Positions 25,763-40,415 are shown, counted from the first letter of the stretch. The stretch: DNA of 64,000 nt from Malacoraja senta (GCA_038087875.1 CM075997.1:5520001-5584000), one strand, 5' to 3'. Program-made: numbers and translations. The notes: generated by a model not told the origin, from the sequence alone.

Positions 25763-26694
25763 ATCACGTGGGTTTCCTCTGGGTGCACAGGTTTCCTCCC
25801 ATATTATAAAGACGTGCAGGTTTGTAGGTTAATTGACCAGAAAATTGTCCCTAGTGTATAGAATAGAACTAGTGTACGGGTGATCGCTGGTCGGTGCAGA
25901 CTCGGTGGGCTGAAGGGCCTGTTTTCACACTGCATTTCTAAAACTTTAAAACTAAAACAGCAGATTTATTTTACTGAATGTTGCTGAATTGCTTTTTGCA
26001 CTAATCTAATAAAATGAGCTTTAATTAAATATTTATTTAATTCATTTAATTATTTTATATTCTTTCTCTGCTGTAGTGGGTTTGGAACGAGTGTCCACGG
26101 GTCAATGGTTCAGAACGCCTACTACCATTCTATGGTCATAAGGTCATTAGTGATAGGAGAGAAATTAGGCCATTCGGCCCATCAAGTCTTCTCTGCCATT
26201 CAATCATGGCTGATCTATCTCTCCCTCCGAACCCCATTCTCCTGCCTTCTCCCCATTACCCCTGACACCCAACTAATCAAGAATCTATTTATCTCTGCCT
26301 TAAAAATATCCACTGACTTGGCCTCCACAGACTTATCTGGCAAAGAATTCCACAGATTCACCACCCTCTGACTGAAGAAATTGTTCCCCATCTCCTTCCT
26401 GAAGGAACGTCCTTTAATTCTGAGGCTATGGTTTCTAGTCCTAGATTCTCCCTAGGTGATTAGCCCATTCACACAACTGCTCTGCTACTGCACCTTAGTC
26501 TGACCCCTAGTCTCAATGGTAGGAATGAAGTCGGTTCATTTTTTTAATGAAAAATACGTCCTAACATTAAACGTGAGGAACCTACTTCCAATTTTGCTAT
26601 TATGCTCATTTAGTGAGGTCATTGCCCTCATTAGAGGAAATAGTTGTACTCCATCAACCACTAAATCAACTAGGTTAGTTGAGTAGCAATGAGC

Positions 26695-27005
26695 TTTTAG
26701 ACTTTAGACGCTGGAGATACAGTGTGGGAACAGGCCCTTCGGCCCACCGAGTCCACACCGACCCGCAATCCCTGCACACTAGCACTATCCTACACACTAG
26801 GGCCAATTTACAATTCACAGAAGCTAATTAACCTACAGACCTGTATGTCTTTGGAGTGTGGGAGGAAACCGGAGCACCTAGAGAAATCCCACGTGGTCAT
26901 GGGTAGAATGTACAAACTCTGTACAGACAGCACCCATAGTCAGGATCGAACCTGGGTCTCTGGCACTGCAAGACAGCAACTCTACCGCTGTGCCACCGTG
27001 CCACT
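26695..27005 (-). mobile_element. HE1-like V-SINE
   Basis: Complete head-to-tail match. Confidence 0.8.
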
Positions 27006-27374
27006 CCTAAAACGTGGCCTCTAAAATGCTGTTAAAGTGGTTATGGTTCAAGTACTTCCTATCCTCACGGCTCCAAATACACAGTACACAGGATAAAGTA
27101 TAATACATTTAGTGGAAGATAAAGTACAAATAGTTCAAAGGTTTCCAATGTGGTGGATGGAAGGTCAGGACCGCACTCCAGCTGATGAGAGAACTGTGCA
27201 GTTGCCTGATTACAGTTATAAATATCCCTCTAAATCTGGAGATGATTTGGAGGGCAGCATGATGGCACAGCGGTAGAGTTGCTGCCTTACATTAGTCTAT
27301 AGGGATCTGGTCGGTGCGGACACGGTGGGCCTAAGGGCTTGTTACCGCGCTGTATTTCTAAACTAAAACTAAAA

Positions 27375-27625
27375 ATGTTCAATTCCACACTCTTGCCTGA
27401 TGGGAGAGGGGAGAAGAGGGAGTAACTGGGATGAGACTGGTCCTTGATTGTGCTGCTGGCCTTGCCGAGGAACCATGAAGTGTAGATGGAGACAATGGAA
27501 GGGAGGTTGGTTTGTGTGATGGTCTGGGCTGCGTCCACAAATCTCTGCAATTTCTTGCGTTCTTGGATGAAGTTGTTCCCAAACCAGGCCGTGATCTATC
27601 CCGAAAAAATGCTTCCTACAGCACA
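27375..27625 (-). mobile_element. Rex1/Babar-type LINE 3' ORF fragment
   Basis: LQRFVDAAQTITQTNLPSIVSIYTS..KASSTIKDQSHPSYSLFSPLPSG. Confidence 0.7.
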
Positions 27626-28515
27626 CGTGAAGTTGGCGAGAGGTGGTGGGGACATTCTGGCTGTCCCCAACGCAGGTGTTGGGGACATCTTTACATGGAT
27701 AGTAGACCAAAATGCTGGAGAAACTCAGCGGGTGAGGCAGCATCTATGGAGCTACATGGATAGGTGACATTTCGGATGGGCGACCCTTCTTCAGACTGAG
27801 AGTCGGGGGAGATGGAGTCTAGAGATATGGAATGATAAGGTGCGAAAATGACAGATCAAAGCAGACGATGATAATGACTTCAGATCATTCAGAAGCTTTA
27901 GAAAGAGGAGGAAAAATTTGTTCCTGAGTCTGGTGGTGTGTGCTTTCAAGCTCCTGTACCTGTTGAATGAATGAATGAATGAATGAATATTTCAATGTCA
28001 TGCCTCCCGGTGGGACATGGAGAAACCCGGGCCGGAATTTTATGGGTCGGAGCCCGCGGCCAACAGTGTCGATGGCCCCTGGGTGGACGGAGCCCGTGCC
28101 ACGGAAGCGTCCGAAGAGGACCCGGCGACGATAGTGGAGAGGTTGGAGCGGCGGTCAATGATGGTGCCGACCGACGGTCAAGGACGAACATGCGGAAGTG
28201 AGGACGAAGGAAGACCCGGCGTGGGGGGACACCCGTGAGGGAGGGGGGAGGGGGGAGGGGGGAGAACAAGCAAAGAATTTCACTGTGACATGTGACAATA
28301 AAGCATTCATTCATTGAATAATTCACTAAACGTTATTCCCTTATCGTGTATCTATACACTGTTAACGGCTCGATTGTAATCATGTATTGTCTTTCCGCTG
28401 ACTGGTTAGCACGCAACAAAAGCTTTTCACTGTACCTCGGTACACTTGACAATAAACTAGACTGAACTGAACTGAAGAAGGAATGGCCAAGATGGGAAAG
28501 GTCTTTGATTACTTA

Positions 28516-29114
28516 AGGGACTGTCCCACTTGGGCGATTTTTTAGGCGACTGTCATAGTCGTAGCAGGTCACTGACAAACCGGCGACTGGACCCCCCCAC
28601 GACAATGTCTACAACAACCTACCACTAGTCGACGTCAAGCTACTGACAACCGCAACTCATTAGGACGTCCACCTACGACCACACCTACCACAACCTACGT
28701 CCACCCGCGACAAGCTACGACAAGCTATGACCCTGTCGGCAACAACTGAAGACAATTCAGTCGCCGGTACCTGACGCCGGTTGACGTAGGTTGACGTAGG
28801 TTGACGTAGGTAGTCGCCAATGGAATTCCCCAAAGTCAGCACCGGCGACAACCTACGTCACCTGGCGACAACCTACGACAGCACCTACATCAGGAATAGT
28901 CAAGCTACGCTCATTGGCGTCAACCCACTGTCGCTGACTGTCGGCAAAATTTTTTGAACATGTTGAAAAGCCAGCGGTGACCTGAAAGACGCTACGACTC
29001 TTTGGGCGACTGAGGAGACTACTCACGGCCATACAGGTGACACCCCGGTGACCATGTGGCAAAAGCCTAGTCGCCTGTAGTCGCCTAAAAAATAGTCTAA
29101 CTGGGACAGGCCCT
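28516..29114. mobile_element. Harbinger-type MITE (599 bp)
   Basis: Imperfect ~36-bp TIRs AGGGACTGTCCCACTTGGGCGATTTTTTAGGCGACT; flanks TTA and TAA; internal ACAACCTAC and GGTTGACGTA repeats. Confidence 0.8.
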
Positions 29115-30904
29115 TAAGGCTGTTTTCCCAAGGCTCTGTGAATTGAGCTTGACTGGGTGCAAAACATCTTTGGACCAAAGAATATGTGTGCATCATTCAA
29201 TTCAGCTAAAATGATAAGTTGTATTGTCTGGTTAACATTAACGTGGAGAATTACATTGTGTCTGGAAACAGGATTCTTCTGTTCTCTTATTACCCTGGAG
29301 TTTCTTGTGCTCCACTATAAATACCTTTATTCTATTCCTGTCTAACGCTTCATGTGGTGTTAATTCTGACCCTGAATCCATAATTACTGTGAAATTGAAT
29401 GGTATTTCACACCTGATATTTCTTTGGCTTTTCCAAGAAATGTTGCCCAAAAGGCCTTGGTGAACGAATGTGGGCCCACAGTGTAATGGAGGCATAACTT
29501 ACAGTATGTTGGAATCACCTTGTAGCCCAATGAACATATCATCCTGGGTGCAGATGCGGCGTAGACGGAGGAATTAGGAGTGGGGGATGGAGTCCTTATA
29601 GGAAGCAGGGTGGGAAGAAGTGAAGTCCAGATAGCCATGGGTTCTTCCCACCCTGCTTCCTGTAAGGACTCCATCCCCAATGCCCAATTCCTCTGTCTAC
29701 GCCGCATCTGCACCCAGGATGAGGTGTTCCACACCAGGGCATCGGAGATGTCCTCATTCTTCAGGGAACCAGGGTTCATCTACTATAGATGAGGCTCTTA
29801 CCAGGGTCTCTTCTATACCCCGTAATCTCTGCAGATTTTCTGCATTTTATGCTGATCTCATGAATTCTTCTCGTTGAGAGATTTAGTTGAGGGGCAGGAC
29901 AAAGCCTTGGAGAGGCTGCAGAAATGTTCACCGGGATATTGCCTGGATTTGTGAATGGGTGATTGATGGCCAGCATAGACTTGGTGGGCCGAAGGGCCTT
30001 GTTTCCGTTCTAGAAGAATTCTGGAGATCAACAGTAGAACGGGAGGATGATGACGGCAGATACATGGAGCAGTTTCACCCTTTATATTGCATGTCATTCT
30101 ATCTTGAAATGTATTCTTGTCTCCCATTTATCACTGCATCTTGTCTCCCAATTATCACTGCATCTAATTGTGACCCAACGGCAGAATGGGAGTAAAACAC
30201 AAATTGTTCGAGTAACTCAGCAGATCAGGCAGCATCCCTGGAGAACTTGCCACAAGGAGAGGTTGAACAAATTTGGATTCATTTCTCTGGAGCGCAATTG
30301 AAGCAGAGATGATGGAAGTTTAGAAAGTTATAGGAGGCATACACAGTATAGGCGTATAGGCATAGATAGAGGAGACAATCAGGTGTATTTCCCAGGGTGG
30401 AAATATGAAAGACTAGAGACCATGGCTTCAGGGAGAAATGTTAAAGGAGATGTGCATGGCAAGTTTTTTACAGAGGGTGGCAGGTGCCTAGAACATGCTG
30501 CCAGCAGTGGTGATGGAAGCAGATAGAGTGATATAGTGTGGAAACAGGCCCTTCAGCGCAACTTGCCCACACCGACCAGCATGTCCCAGCTACACTCGTC
30601 CCAGCAAACTTGTCCTATCCATGTACCTGTCTAACTGTTTCTAAAATGTTGGGATAGTCCCAGCCTCAACTACCTCCTCTGGCAGCATGTTCCATACATC
30701 CACCACCCTCTGCGTGAAAAAAGCTACCCCTCAGATTCCTATTAAATCTTTTCCCCCTCACCTTAAATAAATTGATAGTGACATTTAAGAGGGATTTCAG
30801 AGGGGGTGGAGAGATAGAAGCCGTGTGTTGGCAGATGGGATTCGTTTAGTTTGGCAGCACAAAGAGGGTGGGCCGAATGGCCTGTACAGGTCTATGTGAG
30901 TGCC

Positions 30905-31250
30905 TGCGATACGATACAATATGATACGATACGATAGAACTTTATTTAACCCAGGAGGGAAATTGATCATAAAAATACAAAATACATGAAATTAAAGTGA
31001 CGAGCGGAAAGGATTGGGAATATGCAAATTGGGGAGGGGGAGTGGGGGGAAGGAAGTCAGTCTCAGTCTACCCCACGACAGAAGGAGAGGGAGTTGTACA
31101 GTTTGATAGCCACAGGGAAGAAGGATCTCCTGTGGCGTTCTGTGCTGCGTCTGTTGCTGAAGGTACTCCTCAGGTTGACCAGTGTGTCATGGAGGGGGTG
31201 AGCTGTATTGTCCAGGATGCTCCGCAGTTTGAGCAGTTTGCGTGCAAGGC
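30905..31250 (-). mobile_element. Rex1/Babar-type LINE 3' end with an (ATCGT)n tail
   Basis: Minus strand reads ILDNTAHPLHDTLV..., then 3' UTR ending AATAAA and pentamer tail. Confidence 0.6.
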
Positions 31251-31934
31251 TGTATCACACCCAATGGCAACATAAAGGGAGTACCCCGTGTTTGTCATCG
31301 TTAACACTGCTAAACGATGATTTACTTGGGGAAAGTCACATGTGTTTGCCATTGAGGTCTGTAGGGCTTGACGTAAACAATGCTGAAACAATAAGCTCAT
31401 AGTGGGAGAGGAACGTGGATGCCAGATTGAGTGCCAATGAGCAACAAACCATAGCTCAGCCCCCCACTACCTCCACATTCAGCTGCTGCATGTTAACACC
31501 TTGCTTAGTCCAGAATGGAAAATGGGAGCCAGCTTGCCACTGGCCCCGGACCGCTGGATCTGCTTCTCTGATTCAACACCATCCATTTAATTCCCCCCAC
31601 CCTGGTGGAAATCAGGTACAACACCCTCCCCCTGTGGTATCCCGAGATTAACCTGTAATTCTGAACAGGCAAGGAACATGGAAGGTGGGTTCAGATTTAA
31701 ATGTTTATATAGAAGCTCGACACAAAATGCTGCAGTAACTCAGCGGACAGGCAGCATCTCTGGAGAGAAGGGATGGGTGACGTTTTCGGGTCGAGACCCT
31801 TCTTCAGACGTCTCGACCTGAAACGTCACCCATTCCTTCTCTCCAGAGATGCTGAGTTACTCCAGCATTTTGTGTCGATTTTCAATTTAAATCAGCATCT
31901 GCAGTTTCTCTCCTACACTAAATGTTTAAATATA

Positions 31935-31936
<2 letters not shown>

Positions 31937-31981
<45 letters not shown>

Positions 31982-33263
31982 ATATCTATCTTCTATCTAT
32001 CTATCTATATCTATCTATACATAACTAAAACTCTGATTTTGTGGTTTTGCGGGGTTTGTCTATTTGCGCAAAAACGATACACGATAGCACTACGATTTTT
32101 CACCAGGTCACTCACCGTTCTCCTGTGCTGTGAGTGCAACAAGTTTCATTACGATTGGAGGTATATTGTAAAATTTATCGAGGTTTAAAAATCATTAAAA
32201 CCGCACATGTGCAGATTCCTTCAGTCAGCGCCACACAGATTGGTCTCTTCCCCTGTCAGTCAATGCCACGGCCGGGATGGCGACGCCCCTTCCTGCCCCA
32301 CCTCACAAACTCCTCTCTCCCCTCCTCACAGTAACTTGTCTATCGTCACCCCCACAACCGGCGGCTGCTGCGGGGGGGGGAGGTGTGTGTAGAGTGGAGG
32401 ACCAGTGGAGGCTCAGTGGAGGACCAGTGGAGGCCCTGGTCCCGTCTCTCTCTCCCTCATCACTCACCCCTCTCCCCCGCCTACCCTCTGCAGCAATGGC
32501 GGTCCCCGTCTACCCGTCCTCTCGGGTCCCTCCTCCGTCGCCGCCATTGCAGTAACTCACCCTCATGGCCTTTTCAGAGGAAACCTTCTCCACCAGCTCA
32601 TCGAAACTCGTGGTGCCCACCGTGATGAACACCGACTCCATCCCCCCCGTCAGCGGGCCGGCGGCGGCAGCGAGCAGGCGGGCAGGCGGGCAGAGCGGGG
32701 ACGGGCTGAGCGGCAGCAGCGGGCGGTCGGACAGGACGGGGACGGGCCGAGTGGCGGCTGAGCCGGAGTGCGCAGAGGGAGAGAGGGAGAGTCGGGTTGC
32801 AGGGTGGCCGAGCAGTTTGCGCGGAGTTTAAATAACTCACACACACACACACACTCAATGCAAACTGATCCAATCATTAAGACAACTAGATCTAAACCAC
32901 AGCTAACAATGAATGACCTGTGGAGGAAGGAACTGCAGATGCTGCTTTTAACGGATGGAGAGAGGGAGGGAGGGAGGGAGGGAGGAAGTGACTGAGGGTA
33001 GGGGAAAGGAGAGGGAGGGAGAGTTGGGGGAGGGGAGGAGGGGAAAGAAGAGAGAGGGTGAAGAGGAGGGGGAGGGAGTGCTGGGGATGAGGGGAAAGGA
33101 GCCGCGCCTGCGCAGTTGGGGGCTATGCGTGGAATATTGCGTTGGGGGGACAGTTTGCATTGGGGGAACGGGTGAGTGGTAGAATATTGCATTGAGGAAC
33201 GGGTTGCATTTGGGGACCAGGCCTCCCGTTTGACTGGGACCCAATGGATCCCACTTAGTCTAG
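31937..33263 (+). mobile_element. Non-autonomous Helitron-like element carrying captured DNA
   Basis: 5' A|TC start with (TCTA)n; 3' hairpin TGGGACCC-AAT-GGATCCCA (33235-33253) then CTAG (33260-33263); no TSD seen; both ends shared with 38845-40415. Confidence 0.75.
32561..32641 (-). pseudogene. ALG13: ALG13-like first coding exon (UDP-GlcNAc transferase subunit), probably a captured fragment
   Basis: 81 nt from ATG encode MESVFITVGTTSFDELVEKVSSEKAMR, then donor AGG|GTGAGT; matches the ALG13 N-terminus (VFVTVGTTSFDDL); GC-rich leader upstream. Confidence 0.8.
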
Positions 33264-33389
33264 CATAAATTGGAGACACAAGGAACTAAAGATGCTGGTT
33301 TGACCTGCTGAGTTACTCCAGCACATTGTATTTTTTTAAATATAAATAAATCACTTGAATGAGAATGTAAAGAATATGAATAGTACCTT

Positions 33390-33690
33390 TGGTGGTGCAG
33401 TGGTAGAGTTGCTGCCTCACAGTGCCGGAGACCCGGGTTCGATCCCGACTATGGGTGCTGTCTGTATGGAGTTTGCACGTTCTCCCTGTGACTGCGTGGG
33501 TTTTCTCCCAGTGCTCCCGTTTCCTCCCACACTGCAAAGATGTACAGGTTTAGCAGATTAATTGGCTTCGGTAAAGATTGCAAATTGTCCCTAGTGTGTG
33601 TAGGATGGCATTAGTGTACGGGGATCACTGGTCGGCGCGGACTTGGTGGGCCGAAGGGCCTGATTCTGCGCTCTATCTCTAAACTAAACT
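33390..33690 (+). mobile_element. HE1-like V-SINE
   Basis: Complete head, V-domain and tail. Confidence 0.82.
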
Positions 33691-33976
33691 CTCAGTTTGA
33701 AGAAGGCTCAGCCCGAAACTTCACCCATTCCTTCAATGCAGAGATGCTGCCTGTCCTGCTGAGTTACTCCAGCATTTTGTGTCTATCTTAGACTAAACTA
33801 AACTTTGATGACTTGATGAACTCGTAGGGAAGAGGGTTTTCCATGGATACAGCAGGGAATAGATCAGCTGATGTTGAGTGGTGGAGGGGCAAATGGCAGA
33901 CAAATGGACGGTAACTTTGGCAGCACATACACAGATAGAGACAACCAAAACCAAACATGAGGAGTTACCCCATGAG

Positions 33977-34600
33977 CCTAAACCTACCTGATCTCCCGGT
34001 TGCTCAACACTTTAACACCCCCTCCTATTCCCTTTCTGTCCTGGGCCTCCTCCATTGTCAGAGTGAGGCCCAGCGCAAATTGAGGAACAGCACCTCATAT
34101 TTAGATAAAAATGCTGGAGAAACTCAGCGGGTGCGGTAGCATCTATGGAGCGAAGGAAATAGGCAACGTTTCGGGCCGAAACGCTTCTTCAGACTGATGG
34201 AGGGTGGGGAGGGGGGGGGGGCGGGGAGAAGAAAGGAAAAAGGAAGTGGAGGAGCCCGAGGGCTGAGGGAGAGCTGAGAAGGGGAGGAGATAGCAAGGGC
34301 TACCGGAAATTGGAGATTTCAATGTTTATGCCGCTAGGGTGCAGACTGCCCAAGCGGAATATGAGGTGCTGCTCCTCCAATTTACGGTGGTCCTCACTCT
34401 GGCCATGGAGGAGGCCCAGGACAGAGAGGTCGGATTCAGAATGGGAGGGGGAGTTGAAGTGCTGAGCCACCGGGAGGTCAGGTTGGTTAAGGGTGAGACA
34501 TCGGTGAGACCAAGCGTAGGCTTGGCGATCGTTTCGCCGAACACCTCCTCTCGCATTAACCAACCTGCCTCAGCACTTCAACTCCCCCTCCCATTCCGAA
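33977..34600. mobile_element. Penelope GIY-YIG/pLTR fragments in both orientations
   Basis: LNQPDLPVAQHFNSPSH..EQHLIFRLG (ORF 34300-34563). Confidence 0.75.
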
Positions 34601-35061
34601 CACACAATGTTTATCGAAGCCAATTAACCTACAAACCTGCATGTCTTTGTAGTGTGGGAGGAAACCGGAGCACGCAGTTACAGGGAGAACGTGCAAACTC
34701 CGTACAAACAGCAACCGCAGTCAGGATCGAACCCGGTGCTCTGGCGTTGTAAAGCAGTAACTCTACCATTGTGCCACCATTGTCAGCTGCAACATGAAGT
34801 CCCATGCCTTAGACACTGAAGGCAAGCATACCAAATGCCTTCTTCTCTACTCTATCCACTAGAGTCATTATTTGCAGTGAGCTGCGAACTTGTACTCCAG
34901 GTCCCTCTGTATGCCACCACTCGAAAGCTCCCTGCCATTTTCCCTACATTTCCTAACATAATATTACTTCCCCTAGTGTATTTCCTGACACCCGTCTGGA
35001 TTAAACTCCATCTGCCACCCCTTTGCCCAACCTTCCAGCCGATCTATGTCCTGCTATATTT

Positions 35062-35345
35062 TTAGTTTAGTTTAGGGATACAGCGCGGAAACAGGCCCTT
35101 TGGCCCGTTGTCCGCACCGACCAGCGATCCCCGCACACTAACACTACACTACAATACACTACAATATTACTGAAGCCAACTAACCTACAAACCTGTATGT
35201 CTTTGGAGTATGGGAGGAAACCGGCGCACCCGGAGAAAACCCACGTGTACAAACTCCGTACAGACAGCACCCGTAGTCAGGATTGAACCCGGATATCTGG
35301 CGCTGTGAGGCAGCAACTCTACCGCTGCGCCAGCGTGCTGCCACC
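35062..35345 (-). mobile_element. HE1-like V-SINE
   Basis: Head-to-tail match. Confidence 0.8.
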
Positions 35346-35449
35346 GTGTGTATCCTGGGGACATTCTGCCTCACGATCTACAGTTCCATGAATCCCAACA
35401 ATGTCGTCCAAGTTGTTTACCGATCACAAAAAGGACCAAAGGACAAAGG

Positions 35450-36270
35450 ACATTTATTGTCACATACACCAATTACACAAATAAGATAAACACAACACTT
35501 TAGTATTTAACATAAAACATAAAAAACATCCTCCCACAGCGGGATCAAAGTTTCCCACTGTGAGGGAAGGCACCAAAGTTCAGTCCTCTTCCTCTGTTCA
35601 CCCGTGGTCGGGGCCTATTGAGGCCTCCGCAGTCGCCGCCACGGGCCCGATGTTTCAGGCCCTCGAACGGAAGAACACTCTCAGCGGCCCGGAGCCTCCG
35701 AATCGGCCACTTCCTACCGGAGACCGTGGCTTCCGAAGCCCACAGGCCGAGCTGGGCAGAGATTCAACGCTGGCGACCTCGGCGAGAGATCCCAGGCTCC
35801 GCGATGTCGGTCAGCGTCACCAGCGGCTGGAAAGTCAGCGCCGCGCGTGGCTGGAAGATCCCGCCGCCCATGCTGGACGGTCCCGCCGCCTGCGGCTGGA
35901 AGCTCCACAGACCACAGCTCCATGGTGTTGAAGTCGGCAGTCCCAGCACTCCGGAGCTCCAACACGGCGATTCCCGGTAAGGCATCGCTCGCTCCACGAT
36001 GGAATCCAGAGCTGCGCCACTGGTGAATCTGAAGCTCTGGCCGGTCTCCTGCAGGAAAGGCTGCGCCGATCCAGATGATAGGCCGCGAGGAGGGGGCGCA
36101 GATGCAGTTCGGAGAATAGTCGCATCCTCGACCTTGAAGTGACTAAGACAAACAGTTCCCCCCCTCCCCCCACATAAAAAAGACTAAAAGCCCTCCAAAA
36201 ACAAATTTAAAATAGACTAAAAATAACAAAAAGAATGAAAGGACAGACAGCTGCAGGCGAGGCAGCCACC
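35450..36270 (-). mobile_element. Non-autonomous GC-rich retroposon (related ends to 9790-10655; interior matches 3178-3300)
   Basis: 5' GGTGGCTGCCTCGCCTGCAGCTGTCTGTCC plus T-rich tract; 3' TGTGACAATAAA. Confidence 0.5.
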
Positions 36271-36694
36271 AAACAACTGTCCCAGCACTGATCCCAGCCA
36301 CACAACACTTGTTACAAACTTCCAGTTAAAATCATACATCTCTATCACTACCCTCTGACTCCATCACTGCCCAGTTTTGGACCCAGCTTGCCAAGTGCCT
36401 CAGGATCCAACTTTTGTTTTAGAACAAATGTACCAGAGAAGACCTTGTTAAAAGTCTATGTACAAATATCAACTGCTTCATCAATTTGCTTCCTCAAAAT
36501 AACTGGTCCAGATTTGTGAGATGATCTCCCCTGTACAAAACCATGCTCTCCTAATCAGCAGCTTCCTTCCCAGGTAAACATAAATCCTGTCCCTCAGAAT
36601 CTGCCTCCACCATTGATGAAAGCCTCAGCAGCCTGTAGTTGCCAGGTTTGTCCCAACTGCCCATTTTGAACAAGGGAATAACCTTCTTCAATAT

Positions 36695-36927
36695 GGTACA
36701 CAAAAATGCTGGAGAAACTCAGCGGGTGCAGCAGCATCTATGGAGCGAAGGAAATAGGCAACGTTTCGGGCCGAAACCCTTCTTCAGACTGAAACAAGTC
36801 TGAAGAAGGGTTTCGGCCCGAAACGTTGCCTATTTCCTTCGCTCCATAGATGCTGCTTCACCCGCTGAGTTTCTCCAGCATTTTTGTGTACCTTCGATTT
36901 TCCAGCATCTGCAGTTCCTTCTTTAAC
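36695..36927. mobile_element. Young Penelope-derived fold-back element with two opposed hammerhead-like cores
   Basis: 96-bp inverted arms (36695-36790, 36797-36892) with one mismatch; 15-bp TSD AACCTTCTTCAATAT (36680-36694, 36928-36942). Confidence 0.85.
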
Positions 36928-37790
36928 AACCTTCTTCAATATACTTTGCTTACGCCAATTTTTAGTTTAGTTTAGTGATACAGCGCGGAAACAGGCACTT
37001 CAGCCCACCGAGTCCTCATCTACTAGCGATTCCCGCTCACTAACATGTCTGGGACATGTTGGCCTGTGTGGGCACGTTGGGCCGAAGGGCCTGCGGCCAC
37101 ACTGTATCACTCTATGACTCTGACTAACACAACCCTACACACACTAAGGACAATTTACATTTACAGCAAGCCAATTAACGTACAAAACCTCTGGCGTGTG
37201 GGAGGAAACCAAAGATCTCGGAGAAACCCCACACGGGCACATGGAGAGCGTACAAACTCTGTACAGACAGCACCCTTAGTCAGGATTGAACCCGGGTCTC
37301 TGGCGCTGTAAGGCAGTAGTCTGCTGCCACGCCACTGTGCCGCCCAGTTCTGTTTGTGTGTCTCCTAATTATAATGCTATCTTCCCCACACTCAGGCCTG
37401 ATACTGCTTCCTGGGCCTGTTACTGTATTGAAGTAGTCCTTGTCAAAGTCACAAGTGATCTTCAATGCAACCTGGACAATGATATGCCAAAGATAGACAC
37501 AAAAAGCTGGGGTGTCTCTAGAGGTAGCATCTCTAGAGACACGGAATAGGTAATGTTTTGGGTCGAAACCCTTCGTCAGACCATCTTTTCCCATTTTTCA
37601 CAATCTATCTACCTTTGATACAATTACCACTCCTTCCATCCTATTCAGTGCCTATCCCCTATCCTTGTACAGAGTGATGTCTATCTTGCTTGGTTCCAGT
37701 TACACAATCGTGGCCAGAGGATTTATTTGCAGGGCTTTCTATTTCCTTTCCAGTTTCATCACCTCTGGTCTTCACAGCAATTCATGCTTA

Positions 37791-38095
37791 TGGCCCTGTC
37801 CCACGGTACGAGTTCATTCCAAGAACTCGGAGATTTACGGTAATGGCCGCTCGTCGGTACTCGGGGCTCTCGTGGACATTTTTCAACATGTTGAAAAATC
37901 TTCCCGAGTCTTCCCGAGCTTACCTGCCGTTAGGGAGTCTTCCCGAGTACCTGCTGTTAGCGGTACGAGGCGCTAAGAGACGTCCCCGAACTCCGACGTA
38001 CCCGCTACGTTCATTCTCCGTGCTTACCACGAGTTTGATTTTTTTAAAAACTCAGGAGAGCTCTTGGAATGAACTCGTACCGTGGGACAGGGCCA
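37791..38095. mobile_element. Harbinger-type MITE (305 bp)
   Basis: 34-bp perfect TIR TGGCCCTGTCCCACGGTACGAGTTCATTCCAAGA; TSD TTA/TTA. Confidence 0.88.
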
Positions 38096-38844
38096 TTAGA
38101 CTTCCTCTTTGTCTATCTACATGCTATCGTGTAGGAAGCGGGCAGGGAGGTGTTTACAAAGGCTAACCCACTGGACGAGTAGCGAAAACAGAGCACTGCA
38201 TGTGTGACACAAGGAAAGCCTATTTACAAGTCTCTTGTATATTGGCAGTACAGTGGCGCAGCTGGTAGAGTTACTGCCTCACAGTGCCAGAGACCCAGGT
38301 TCAATCCTGACTACGGATGCTATCTGTGTAGAGTTTGCATGTTCTCCAGGTGAAGGCATAGTGCCCTAGTTTCTTCCCGCATCTCAAAGACACACGGGTT
38401 TGTAGGGAGTGGGTGCGAAAGTGGAATAAGCTGGAACTAGTGTGAACGGATGATCGATGGTCGACGTGGGCTGAAGGGCCTGTTTCCACGCTGTATCTAT
38501 CGATCAATCGAATTGATTCCATTCATGGAAATCATAACCTACCTTTCAGATCTGAATTCTGGCAGTGAGGTTTCCTTATACACAGAAAATATTTGTCGCT
38601 ATAAATATATATTAAGGAACAATTCAACTACTATAAATGTTCATGACATCTACAGTAGGCATGTATTATTTTGTGCGAGGGATAAAAGATTAAACATCTA
38701 GCCCTGGGATTTGGATTGGTTGTAGATGTGTTATTGGTGCGGAAAATAAGGGCAGGTGGAGTTTGGGCCAGAGGGTCCCATGACAACAGGGCCAACATGG
38801 TTTCCTTTACTGTAGAGCTGGATAAGCATTGACCACCCCCTGCA

Positions 38845-40415
<1,571 letters not shown>

